64,000 nucleotides of DNA from Cirrosporium novae-zelandiae (lineage: Eukaryota): contig JAPETS010000012.1 of NCBI GenBank assembly GCA_026023565.1, forward strand, positions 186,001 to 250,000, read 5' to 3'. Shown here one piece after another: positions 1 to 11,518 of the stretch. The notes beneath the pieces are model-generated. The model was not told where the DNA came from. It saw only the letters and a program-made list of their open reading frames with translations, and did no database searches. Position 1 is the first letter of the stretch. Every line of letters starts with the position of its first letter. Both the position numbers and the translations under genes were made by a program.

Positions 1-207
1 GTATCTGCGTTTGATATTTTTGGAGACCTTGAGCCAGGCTATGTGGTCTCAGAGGGGATCTCAATTACTCCATCAACCACATTTAAGCCTTCGGCGATGA
101 TCCATTTGGTGGACGTCCCACACGACTGTTGCTTATAGGTAGAGCGCATTATGAAGCATCATTCAATTTTCCGAAGAGTTGCTATAAGCTAACAGGATTT
201 GGCAAAG

Positions 208-2308
208 GAATCGAATTATCCCCGACCCTCTTCGTAGTACACACCCTAGTCTCATCAAGCGCGGCTGCTTAACGTTCATGCAATTATTTCCCGAATTTGG
301 GTTCTTTCATCGTCCAAAGTTTTTTGAACAGCTTCGAAACAATGATATTGATTCTCTCAAGCTATGTGCGATCATGGCCCTTTGTGCCAGATACATCCCA
401 GAGTTGGTTAGCAATCATGGAGGCCAGATGAAAGCATCTGAATTCTATGCCAAGTACGTTCGAGCCCATATTATGGAACGAGTGACTTCGTATGCAGATA
501 TCGACACGGTCCAGACTCTTGTACTGCTAAGTCTTCATGATTGGGGTTCATGTAACGGTTTTCGAGCTTGGATGTATATAGGTAAGCTCTCAGTCTATGA
601 TCAACGATACAGGGGGTGGTATATTTGGGAGTCTTTTGAAGAACAATTGAAAATTTAAACTCGAAATAGATCATTCCAACCATTGATCAAGACCCTTTGT
701 TGGTTGAATGCTGATGTCAACTTAGGTATGGCGACACGAATGAGTCAGACCATCGAGGCTGGGTTGAAAGATATGGAAAGTCGCACATCCGAAGAGCCAC
801 GAACGCCGCACTCGACACCAATTATTCGTGAAAGCATACGTCGAACGATTTGGGCGTGCTTTGTGATGGATTGCATGTTAGGATGCGGCAAGCATCGTCC
901 CCAGAGTTTTCGATCATCTGAGTTGGATTTTCCCCTCCCTATCAGTAACGAAGATTTCGAGTTCGAAAGCCAGGCTGCCGCTATTGCTCCCAGCTACCTT
1001 GTCCGGTTCGATCATGGCGATAGGGACAACACGCCAATGCCGCCTCGAAACTTAACAATGGGTTCGGAGCAGTCTCTCGCAATTATCATCCAAGGAGTTG
1101 ACATCTGGTCCAGCCTTTCTAGCTGGATTTGCTCCGGCGGTCGAAAGATTAAATCCTCGGGTCCATCTTATCCACCCTGGAACGAGAATTCGTGCTGGTA
1201 TCAGGTTAACAAAGCCCTTCAATTCTGGCGTGTTCGACTTTCACCTCGATTGATCTATTCTCCCAAGAACAACAACCTGGTGGTTCATGTATCAAGGAAT
1301 CACGGGGAGGTGTTTGTTATCATAAACCTTCTGTACTACATTAACCTAGTATTCCTGCATCGCGAATACATTCCATTCTTTCCTCACAGGGTCTATCATC
1401 CTTGCGGGCCCATCGATGCCCCACTACTCTCCGAAGAAGCCCCACCGGGCTGGTGGAACGAAAGCGCCAAAACCTTATTTGAAGCAGCAGCAAAGTAAGC
1501 CTCCCAAACCCCCCACAAACTCCAAACCTCACTAACCCGACCCCACCCACCAATCAGCATCGTAGATCTCCTTCAAGGCCTCCACCAAAACGACATCCTC
1601 TTCCAAACCCCCTTTACAAGCTTCTGCCTCTACGTCGCCGCGGGCACCCTAGCATACGGCCACACATGGCCACACATGGCCCCAGGCCTCCTACACGCCC
1701 AAGAGAAATACAACTGGGGATTCCAATGGCTGCAGCAGGCCAGCAGTCTATGGCCCATTAGCAAGGGCTGGCACGAAACCCTAGCCAAGCTATCAATTCT
1801 GTACGAGAGGATCCAGAAGGATGCCGTGCGGTATTCTGGCGTGGGAAGAGATCGGTTTGCAGATCTAGAGGATAGTTTGAATCGAATGGCTGAGGTGGAG
1901 GGAGGGGGTGCAACTGGGGGTGGTGGCAGTGCGCCTGCGGCTAACATCTTATTGACGTTGGCACAATCTTCTTCACCTATTATTGAAAATGAAAATGGGC
2001 CTGTTGTTGGTTCTGAGCAAACTCGACAAAATCAGCAGCATGATCATCAGCTAAATCCACCCAACCATCTCAGCATGCCTCCTTCCCACCACTACGACCA
2101 CAGCCAGCCCAACAACAATAACAACAACAACCAAGAAGAACAAAACGACAATGAACCTAGCCTCCCCCACCACTCAATCCCCCACTCATCCCCACCACCA
2201 CCCCCCTTCTCCCCTTCCATAAAAGACTTCATGGGAAGCCAAGACCTACTCACGTCCATGATGGGCGAGCCTCTTGGCGATTGGTTTCCAAATTTTTCAA
2301 TCTTTTAA
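208..2308 (+). CDS. Fungal-specific transcription factor (middle homology region of the Zn2Cys6 family); 5' part not resolved or outside the window
   Basis: Exons ~208-581, 726-1494 and 1558-2308 join in frame across GT-AG introns. Typical motifs: QTLVLLSLHDW, AWMYIGMATRM, ESIRRTIWACFVMD, LPISNEDF, FLHREYIPF. Confidence 0.85.
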
Positions 2309-4534
2309 GCCCATTTGTTTTTATGTACGTATGTATGTATAGTATGTATATGTATATATATGTACATAAGTCCAATACAAATAGGCTCAAGAGACATTAT
2401 CATAATTACATACATATCATCCCTACTATGTGATTATTGCTAAGGAGCCCATACAGTACATAAATAATCCCCCCCCCTTCCCCCTTCCCCACCTACTCAC
2501 CTACCCACTCACCTACCAAACAAACATATCCACACCCCCCTCATTCCCTTATCACCTTACTCCATATCCTCCTAGTCTTTCTTGGCCGTCTGCCAGCAAG
2601 CATTCGACATTGGCCACGCCTATTTGCAATCAGTTGTCTATTCTCTCGGCCCTAGACACACAAAAACGATATGGAGCTCGCTGTCAGCTATTAAATGAGC
2701 ATTGGTTACACAAATAAGGCATGGGGTTTTCCAAGCTAGAATAGGCATCATCCAGATTGCCTCAAATCCAGGTAACACTGAAAGTTTTGCCACTTTTTTA
2801 ATGTCTGTCCCCATTAAAGCCAAAGATATAGAAATACGAGTGGCTTTTGTTGATCCTATTACTCAGGCCAGATCAGCTCCGCGACCAGCAACTCGGTCGT
2901 CTTTTCCGTCCTTCATACTGTCCTTTCAGCAGACGCCATGGCCCTTCCACCAAAAGCTAGTTTGCGAACGCATCCGAGTTTAGAGAACATGTTTATCCTA
3001 TATTCAAGTCGAAGATGAAAAGCAACCTGATAATCGATTATTCACACTTTTTTTAATGTATATTTCGGTGGTGTGGTTCGGCCGAAGGAAACATCTCAGG
3101 TGCTATTGATGGTATCCACCATAATGTGCGAAAAGGATTAAAAGAAGACGGGGGAAATGCATTTTGACAGCGACGGATGATTAAACCCGAAAATATTGCA
3201 GGATTCATTACGCCTAGAAATTCAGTAACAAGGAGACTCAAAAGCAATAGCAACAGTAGAAACATCACCCGAAAACGGTCATCAAATTCACTCCAAACAT
3301 CTATACCACCACCCCTATACCTCTCGTGTTCAATTTTTCCGGTCAGGCAAAAAAAATGCAGACTAAACGGAATCGTATCCATTGTTGCATACTTATGTGT
3401 GATATAGGGAAGAGTACCTACTTGGCCAGCCCACGAGTGGCGACGGTTAGAGGATCACTGAGAGCAAATAAAACCAGGTCCTCTATAAGAAGTATTTTAT
3501 AGTTTGACTACTAGGTTTAGGACACCAGGCGCTACTGAATATCAATATCCTCCACCGCCACTTATCGGTTGGGGGTATTCTGCGAAATGCGGCAGGGAAT
3601 GATAAATTTTCGATCGATCTTGACCCCGCCACTAATATCAATCGCAACGAAGCATCCAGGATACCCAGTAAAACCAGTACGAAAATTATTATGACGGTAG
3701 GCGCCCCTGACGGCGAACAGCATAGTCTCATACATGACATGATCCGGAGTCGTTCTTTCTAGATTCTATTCTAGATTTGTGTTCACTGTCACAGAGCCAG
3801 GTAGCAAGAGTAGAAGAACCGAATTCGGGTCGTTGGAATTATACGTCAACTAGGAAACTGGTAAGAGAAAAGGATGGTCTAGCAGCACGGGCGAAGCATT
3901 TGCCATGGTGATGGATGAATGAAAATGTATATCACGGATTACTTGCCAACATGACGCAAGAACACAACCTACCTAGGTAACTAACTAAAATGCATGTACT
4001 TCCCCTATATTCCCATACCAAATATAACCAACCAACAAATAATCAAATACCCAACTCCTTTCATTCCAATTTAACCTAATCCTGTCCCACTCATCCAAAT
4101 ATCCCAGATCCCCCTTTCTATTTTGTCTATATATAACTACTGATAGAAAAAGAAAAAGTAGTAGCAAGTATAAAATAAATAAATGTATTTTCCTTGGTTT
4201 TAGAATAATTGATTCTTGAAGCTTGGTTGCATGCATATATCTACTTTGGCTATCTTGCTGGAGAGGGTAGGTGGATGGTACCTATGGTGTCTATAGTTTG
4301 TGGTTCCCCTTTAACGCCCTAATGTTCATTCGGAGGTTTGTGCAAGCGTGTGTATGTATATACTATGTATGTACACCCTACATATCCCTCTCCTCCCCCT
4401 CCCCTCCCTATCACACCAAACACACCCCTCTTCCCTCTTCCCTCTTCCCTCCCCACTATCCCCAATACCCCCTCCACCTCCAGTATCCACAACTTACATA
4501 TCCATCCGTCACGTATCCAAATACACCTAACATA

Positions 4535-4597
4535 TACATACATACATACATACATACATACATACATACATACATACATACATACATACATACATAC
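4535..4597. repeat. (TACA)n microsatellite, about 16 units
   Basis: Directly visible perfect tandem repeat. Confidence 0.97.
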
Positions 4598-5592
4598 GAC
4601 ATTATGAAGTAAGAAAAAAATGGAACCGAACAACGAAGGCAGGGGAGAGGGGGAGGGGAGGAAGTGTGGGGCGGATGGGATGATGTAGTAAGTGAGTGGT
4701 TAATTTATCAGAGGCGGTAGGGTTTTTGATGGATGTGGGAGACGTTGGACGATGGAGTGGGAAGGGTGCTTGTTTAGCACTTATTCTTAGTACAGCACAG
4801 TACAACGTGAGCAAAAAACCCCCATAGACCATAGCTAGTCCCCTCAGCTAATTTAGTTAGTCGGTTACAATTCAAGACTATCGAAGTGTCGTAGTTCGAA
4901 GTCAGGAATTTCCAGGGAAGGGAATAAATAGACCAGACCGACCACGCCGATCCCGACCGACCGAGACCGAGCCTTCTCCGTCTATGCTCCGAGCAGATCG
5001 ACCAGACCCGACCCGACCCGGACCCGAACCCCTTAGTCTAATCCATTCCCTTCCCTTGAAATCCAATTAATTAGAGATAAAAAGGTACAGTAGGAGGAGA
5101 GAAACCTAGGGGGTTTGGGGGGGGGAGGGGGGGTTCTACACACCTTTCAATATTTCAAGATTTCGATACAAAGATCCTAAACCTAACATCCATTATTATT
5201 AAATCATCGTTAACTTTTTTTTTTATAAAGGGGGATAGATAGGTCTTCTAAGAAAATGGAATCTTTGTACATGTATGTAAACCATAATGCATCAAATAAA
5301 ATTGTAAAGTATTTTCTTCCTATCAACATTCCTATGCGTTAAGGGGGTATATCTTGAACACCGAGAGCATATATGGTCTATCAAGAAGCCTAAGCTTTCT
5401 GTATCCTCCTTCTTCTCCTTCTCTTCCTCTTTGTGTAGAGGTGTAATAAGCAAACAGTCCCATGCACCCAGAAAAATAAAATCTATAACCGCCCAGTGCA
5501 GTAGTGTTCGATGAATCCCTTGTGAGAAATTCCGTGGCCATAAACATCGCGTCGTTGAATCAAAACCCATGAAGCTTCCAAGCCGAAAGTAT

Positions 5593-7146
5593 TTACCACC
5601 ACCCCAAACCCCTCAACTTATACCCAAAACTCTTCGCAGCTTTCAAGTCATCCACATTCACAATATCAACCCCCTCTTTCACGAGAACCTCCAACACATG
5701 ATCCCGTAAGCTAACGGGCCAACCGGGAGTGCCCCAGTATCTAACCTTCAAACCTCGAGCATGTGCACCACGGACTTGCCCTCTAATTAACCCCATTTGT
5801 CTCGGAGAGAGGCGCAAGCGCCACAAGTGCCCGACGGCTTTCCGGAAATCGGCCGAGGCGTAGTACGAGTTTGAGGGGTCGAATACGTTAGGATTGGAGG
5901 GTGTGCCTGTGTGACCCTGGCCAAGATCTTGACCACGGGTGCGCTTAAGGTTGCCAGAAGAGGAGCCGCCGACAAAGTTGCGGATGGAACTGAGGAGGCT
6001 TGGATCATCAATGTCTTCTTCAGCTGATCCTTCTCCTTCAACTAAAACCTCTCCCGGAGCCGTGTCTTCCCAACTAGGCCAATAACCGTCGACAAGTGAT
6101 TCGCGGTCCATCCACATCTCATCTAGTGGTGCATCGAAAAACATGTCTCTGTAGTTTTTGTTTGCTGTCAAAACGTCGAAAGGTGCATTTCCTGTTACGA
6201 CGATTGTGACAGGTCCCTTGACGACGTGGGAGCCATTGAAGTGGGTGAGATAATTCACAGGCGAACGTAGAGGCTCAAGAGCATTACGCACAGCCGGCCA
6301 GGTTATATCTCCCGAGGTCTTGAAATCAATTAACAGGTTAAGAGACTGTGAAGGATCAACGTCATAGACGCCATTGAGATTCCCATCGGAGGATTTGATA
6401 AAACGGGTATCAGGGTTTTGTTTCTTCAGGAGGTCTAGAATGGGATTGAGGTATAGAGAAGCTAGGGTGCGATGGGGCGTAAGTGAAAAGGTGTTATGGC
6501 CAACGTAGAGTTCTCCATCATCAAAGAACCAAACGTCAGCCTCAACGCCCACACAGCCTGCAGAGAGGGCAGAGTAGAACGGGACTCTTCGCCAGTAATC
6601 GTTGTGGGAATGGCAAGGAATTGGATGAATATCACGAGTGAAATCAGTAGGCCAAGAAGCTCTGCTTTCAGCCTCTTTGCGTATTTGGGCATATTTTTCA
6701 ATGAGATCGCCAACGTGGTCAGGGAAAAGGGCGGCTCCAAGGCCGAAAATAATAGTAACAAGTTGTATGATTCCCCTAGCAGCACAAGTCAATACTAGTG
6801 ATTAGTCTTTTAATTGGATCAGGAGAGCCTACAATATAACCATTATCACTATTCCTAACCTCAAACAGCCACGTAATCTTGGACAAGTGCGAATGTAGGA
6901 TGTGCGATTGAAAGTATCTCTGTGTTCCCTCCACGAAGGTCTTTTCTTCAAGGGGATAGCGAATGATAGCAGACGTCTCCAGAGGGGATCTTTTCGATAG
7001 TATGAAGGAGCGTAAATGTCATTTTGTGAGAGATCAGAATCCAGTCGATGGGAGGAGGAAGCATGATGATTATATTGGCCATCATCTGGTTGTATAAACG
7101 TATCGGTTCGTAGAAGGTTGTCATTGCAATCGGAGTGGTAGGCCAT
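5593..7146 (-). CDS. AIM6: Aim6-like PLC-like phosphodiesterase with an N-terminal membrane anchor
   Basis: Exon 7146-6833, intron 6832-6776, exon 6775-5593. Motifs PIPCHSHNDYWRRVP, GCVGVEADVW, LLIDFKT, VRYWGTPGWP, IVNVDDL. Confidence 0.85.
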
Positions 7147-8903
7147 TTTTAGCCGAGATCAGGGACCAGCCGCGTTATCTCTCTATCTCGAGTCGTTTGT
7201 CCCACTTCCAACGAACGATCAAGGTACAGCAATCAATCGCTGGATGATAATTTATTCAAAGGGATATACTTTGGTAGGAAAGAATGACAAGAACGAATGA
7301 CAGTAGTAATAGTAGCAGCAGCAGCAGTAGTAGCAGTAGCAGCAATTGAAAAGATAGTTAAGTGATAAGCCCCTCAGTAATAATCCAAAACAAAAAAAAT
7401 AGATTCTGCTTCTTCCCAAGCAATCCAAGAAATCCAAGAAATCCAAGAAAGCTTTTTTTGGAAGGGACAGAACCCAGGGTTTATGATTAATGCTCATACA
7501 ATTCGAGAATCACTCGAATCAATGCTCCAAACTCTTTTGCGGGGGTGTTCTAGAAATGACACACTTGGTTAATTCCATTGGCTGCGACTCAAAAATGCGA
7601 AGCCACCACCTCCTAACTTTGCGCAGTAGTTTTCGTAGTATAATCCGGTATTCGTAATGTTCCTTACTCGAGTAGAAGAATAGATATTACTTGTAGTAGA
7701 CTACTATCATAAATGGGCCATACAACTTCTTTTTAAGGTATTCGGTTTCTGGTATCTTGGAACTGTGGCCAAAAACATACGGTGAAGTAACACCTTTGTA
7801 GTCCCATTATCACCGCCAAACTATCCATCTAAAAAATAAAGCATGACCTTTATCAACCCCTCCGTCGAAGTGGTGAATGAGCATTATTTAAAAGGTTGAA
7901 GCTTTCTCACATATTTCTAACACCCGTGGGTATAAGCAGCCTTTTGATTGGAGGAAAAGGACGGAGAACACCCAAAATATAAAAAAGTGGCTATTATATC
8001 AAGGGAAAAACGTCCACGAGTCGAGGGAGAACCAGCAAATCGGGTCCGGGAAAAGGACTGCATGCGTTGGTCATTTGAATAAGTCCTTTTGTTCGGGACG
8101 TTTTGTTGTGCTGCATGCATCATGGGGAATAGCACACAGTGGGATGGATCATCACTTCATGTATTTGAATGTATTCCGATTGCGCGTCAACCCCAAAGTA
8201 AAAACTGCCGTTTTCAGGCTGATAATTAATTAGAGAGAACGGGGTCCGGGCTAAGACCATCAGGCTATTCTTAAGGTTACAGTAGGGCTGTTAAGGGACC
8301 TAAGGGCACCTCAAGGCCCCTAAGCCTCCGTCATTCGCTAACCGCTAACCCCCCCCCCACTACCGCCATTTGCTAGTCCCGGCCATCTTGCTTCAACAAT
8401 GGCTTCCATGGCTTTATTCTAGATCACTTTCTAACTTCATTCAACCTCTCAATTCTCCATCTTTCAATTTGAATTATATCATTTACGCTATACTTTATTG
8501 CTATCATCCTCATTACTTCATCTGACAGTAAGCAAACATGAGCAGGCATAAATCTAACCACAGGTTCTTCCCTTTTTACCGACTATTCGTAGCTCCTATA
8601 CTCAGCTCCTCAATGCTTCTCCTGCCATGTTACCCCATTGACCATATTTACCGAACAAGTCGATGCATACCACGCGGAATACATCACGTGTTCTCTCATC
8701 AGCTAGTTGTCACTTTCGGGTCAAAGCATATCTTTCAGGTTGTACGGCAGACTATTTAAACTGGAGCTTGGTACCTGTCAGTCTTGTTGTCTAAGAGATG
8801 TCACTGCGTTACTCTTATTCCATATCTTGAAGGGTATCCACTTGGGTTCATAGCCTTCCACTTCCAAGTTAAGTAAGCTCCAGTGCATATTAGCAAATCT
8901 CAT

Positions 8904-10940
8904 TCATTTAATTGCGGTACCCGTTATCCTAAAACACTTCTTCCACTGCCCAAGTGCATCTTTGTTTTCCTTTGAGCGTATCCCGTATTCCTGGATACAG
9001 CAAGGGAAAGCCTTGGGGGCAGGCTCGAGTTTAAGTGTCCCTTTATCATTTACATTATCTCGCTCTTCAAGTGCTTTCCGTCGAATCTGTTTTCTTTCTT
9101 CGAGGTCGCCCCAGAGAATAAACAGCTGCTCTCTGAGTTTGCTTAGCGTTTTTGTATCTTTTCGTAAGCTATGTTAAATCAGTACGATACTCTACCAGAC
9201 TCAAACGAGACTTACTCGGTTGCTGTCAAATTCAATAGGCCCTCTGCATCCATACCAGACACAAATAATTTTAGCCATTCCACTGCTTCCCCTTTGGCAG
9301 TTGTTGCTGATGCTTCAGCGTCTTCCACCAGAAGACAGAATCTCCACTCCCACCGTCCTTGAGTACTTCCAGGCTCATCATCATAATCATCATCACTGCT
9401 ATGGTCTGAAAGCACATCATATTCCGACTCCTGGTGAAAAACAGCGAAATCTTCCAGATCTGGCGGAAAGAAATCAACCACTCGGACATTCGCACGACAT
9501 ACAATATTTTCAAAAGGCATGATGTATTCATTGTGGCCATCAGGTGTCGTGGTAAGGCGTGACTTTTTAATATCAGGGACTCTAAGATAGCGGGTATCTG
9601 GTCTATTGGTTCTCACTAAATGATATTAGAATGCAACATGAAATTTGCCATGACAACCCACCATGTTGATTAAGTCTAAACTCCTTGCTAATTCTTCCCA
9701 AGTTAACATCCCCACGGACATTAACAGCCTCTTTTTTCTGTTTTCTCTTTTTTGACTCGCTCTTAGGCTTTTCTTCTTCTCGAACCTTTCTCTTCTTGCA
9801 CCCTTCGTCTTTTTGGAATAATTCTGGTTTTTGTTGTACTTCTGACCAATATGCTCTCTTTCGTCGAAGAAGGTCCTTCACACGACCGTCCTGTTTATCT
9901 AAACCCCAGGCCATAACTTTTTCAGGATAATTCCTATCCCCATAAATGATTCCCTCAATCTTACCAGAACTATTCTGCTTGATTCGAACATTTTGGAGAA
10001 ATATATAGTCTCCAACCTGAAATTTGTCTTTCGCCTCAACAGCAGTTGCTTCCCATGTGGCGACCTGTATTATACGTTTCCCATCAGGGCCATTCTCATT
10101 AGCCCTATCAGTGCTGTGACGAGGCACATAATCATAAGGGTCACCCTCTCTTTCCAGATAATCTTCATCCTGTCCCTGAGTTTTGTCGTAAAGTAGTTCA
10201 TTCTCGGTGTAATCGGTAACAGAGAGTTCTACCCGATCACCAGCGTCCCATATTTTAACAACTTCACAGACAAGGTCATAGAAATTATGGATCTTAATGT
10301 GGTCAATGGTCGAGAATTTGTCTCGGAACCCCCGGGGCTTCTGATTGGACTGAATATGGGGCTTCTGGTTGGACTGAGTGTTTGGTTTCTGGGCCGGCAA
10401 AGAGGATTTATGAGAATTGCACAGAAATATAGCATAACGGATGTCTGCTTCTGATGGCTCTTTCGGAGAACCAAGTCTCTGACATGCATTCTTCTTCAGT
10501 ATTCTTAATTCACTGTCTAAACTCGGTATTGAGGCTGGTATCAAATTGACAGGTAAAACGACGCAGCTGCTCCTGGTATGACGGTTTGCGAGGCCGCCAA
10601 CTGTTCCATGGTATTTAGAAACCTATATACATTTAGTTTTACAAAATAGATTAGAATTATGAGATAATCGAAAACGTCTCACCTTGATCCTCTCGCACAT
10701 GACGACATCCCCAATGTTTCGTATAGAAGGGAAGCCAGGTGGTCCGGCGCTAAACCATTTAATCTTGAACTTCTGTGAACAGTACTCATCTTCAATACAA
10801 AAAGTACACTGCCAGTCAGTGCCACCAGATGGATTTGGTGGTAGAAAGTCAACCACTACGCCCATCAGGTTCACGAAGGAATTCGGCAAGCTAGAAAGTT
10901 CTTGGAGGTCAGTAAACCTCTTTGGCTTTTCAACAGCCAT
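8904..10940 (-). CDS. POT1: Telomeric single-strand DNA-binding protein Pot1 (tandem OB folds)
   Basis: Four exons (10940-10683, ~10622-9662, 9615-9215, ~9168-8904). OB1 motif VNLMGVVVDFLPP..GGTDWQCTF; OB2 motif FYDLVCEVVK...SVTDYTEN; C-terminal VRVVDFFPPDLEDFA, WEWRFCLLVEDA, LFILWGDLEE, CCIQEYG. Confidence 0.9.
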
Positions 10941-11047
10941 TTTAGTAGCCTTTTTACAAAAGCAAAGGTATTTTCATATAGTTGGATTTCTTCTTCGTTT
11001 ATGATCAAGTCAACGGAAGGTGTTATAAATGGATAGGTGGATAAGGC

Positions 11048-11058
11048 ACGCGTCGCGT
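11048..11058. promoter_or_regulatory. Tandem MCB-like element (ACGCGT-CGCGT) about 110 bp upstream of POT1
   Basis: Sequence ACGCGTCGCGT in the divergent POT1/importin-alpha promoter; the MCB consensus is ACGCGT. Function is inferred. Confidence 0.55.
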
Positions 11059-11518
11059 TCCAAAGCCTAGGAAATGCTTCAGACACGTGACATTGTCTCT
11101 ACTTTACCTTTAATAAGAACAAAAGAATTTACGTCAATTCAGGCAATAATAGCCATGATATATTTTGGTATTTTGGCTTGCATGAAGATACTCTGATACC
11201 AATTCTTTGCATTGCTCATTAGAAAAAATGTTTGATATTGTAAAAACGGTAGTAGATTTATAGATACTAGACGGGCAACCGGCTTTAGTTGAAGTTCGTC
11301 CGTCATCAAAGAACATCTCAGCTGACTAAGAAGCGCAAGCGCCATCGCTAAATCGACCAAGCCCGAAAACAGATGAGGGACCCCAAGTTTTGCGAATCAG
11401 TGACCCTTTCTCTTCAAACCCTCACTTTCCATCAGTTTCTTAAATTTGATACTATTTACTTCCTTTCGAATTTTTTTCCATATCAGTAGCCCTCAGGTCA
11501 ACGTACCGAATTCCAAAG

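Noticed and set aside
1..207. Upstream exon of the first transcription factor
   Set aside because: No frame joins cleanly to the exon at 208 without a stop; probably intronic, so left uncalled.
4271..4633. ORFs with YIHT/MYVC repeats
   Set aside because: Translations of the (TACA)n microsatellite.
8330..8360. CTAACCGCTAACCC near POT1 as a telomerase RNA template or telomere seed
   Set aside because: Does not match a TAACCCTAA-type template, and no pseudoknot or CR4/5 features were recognisable.
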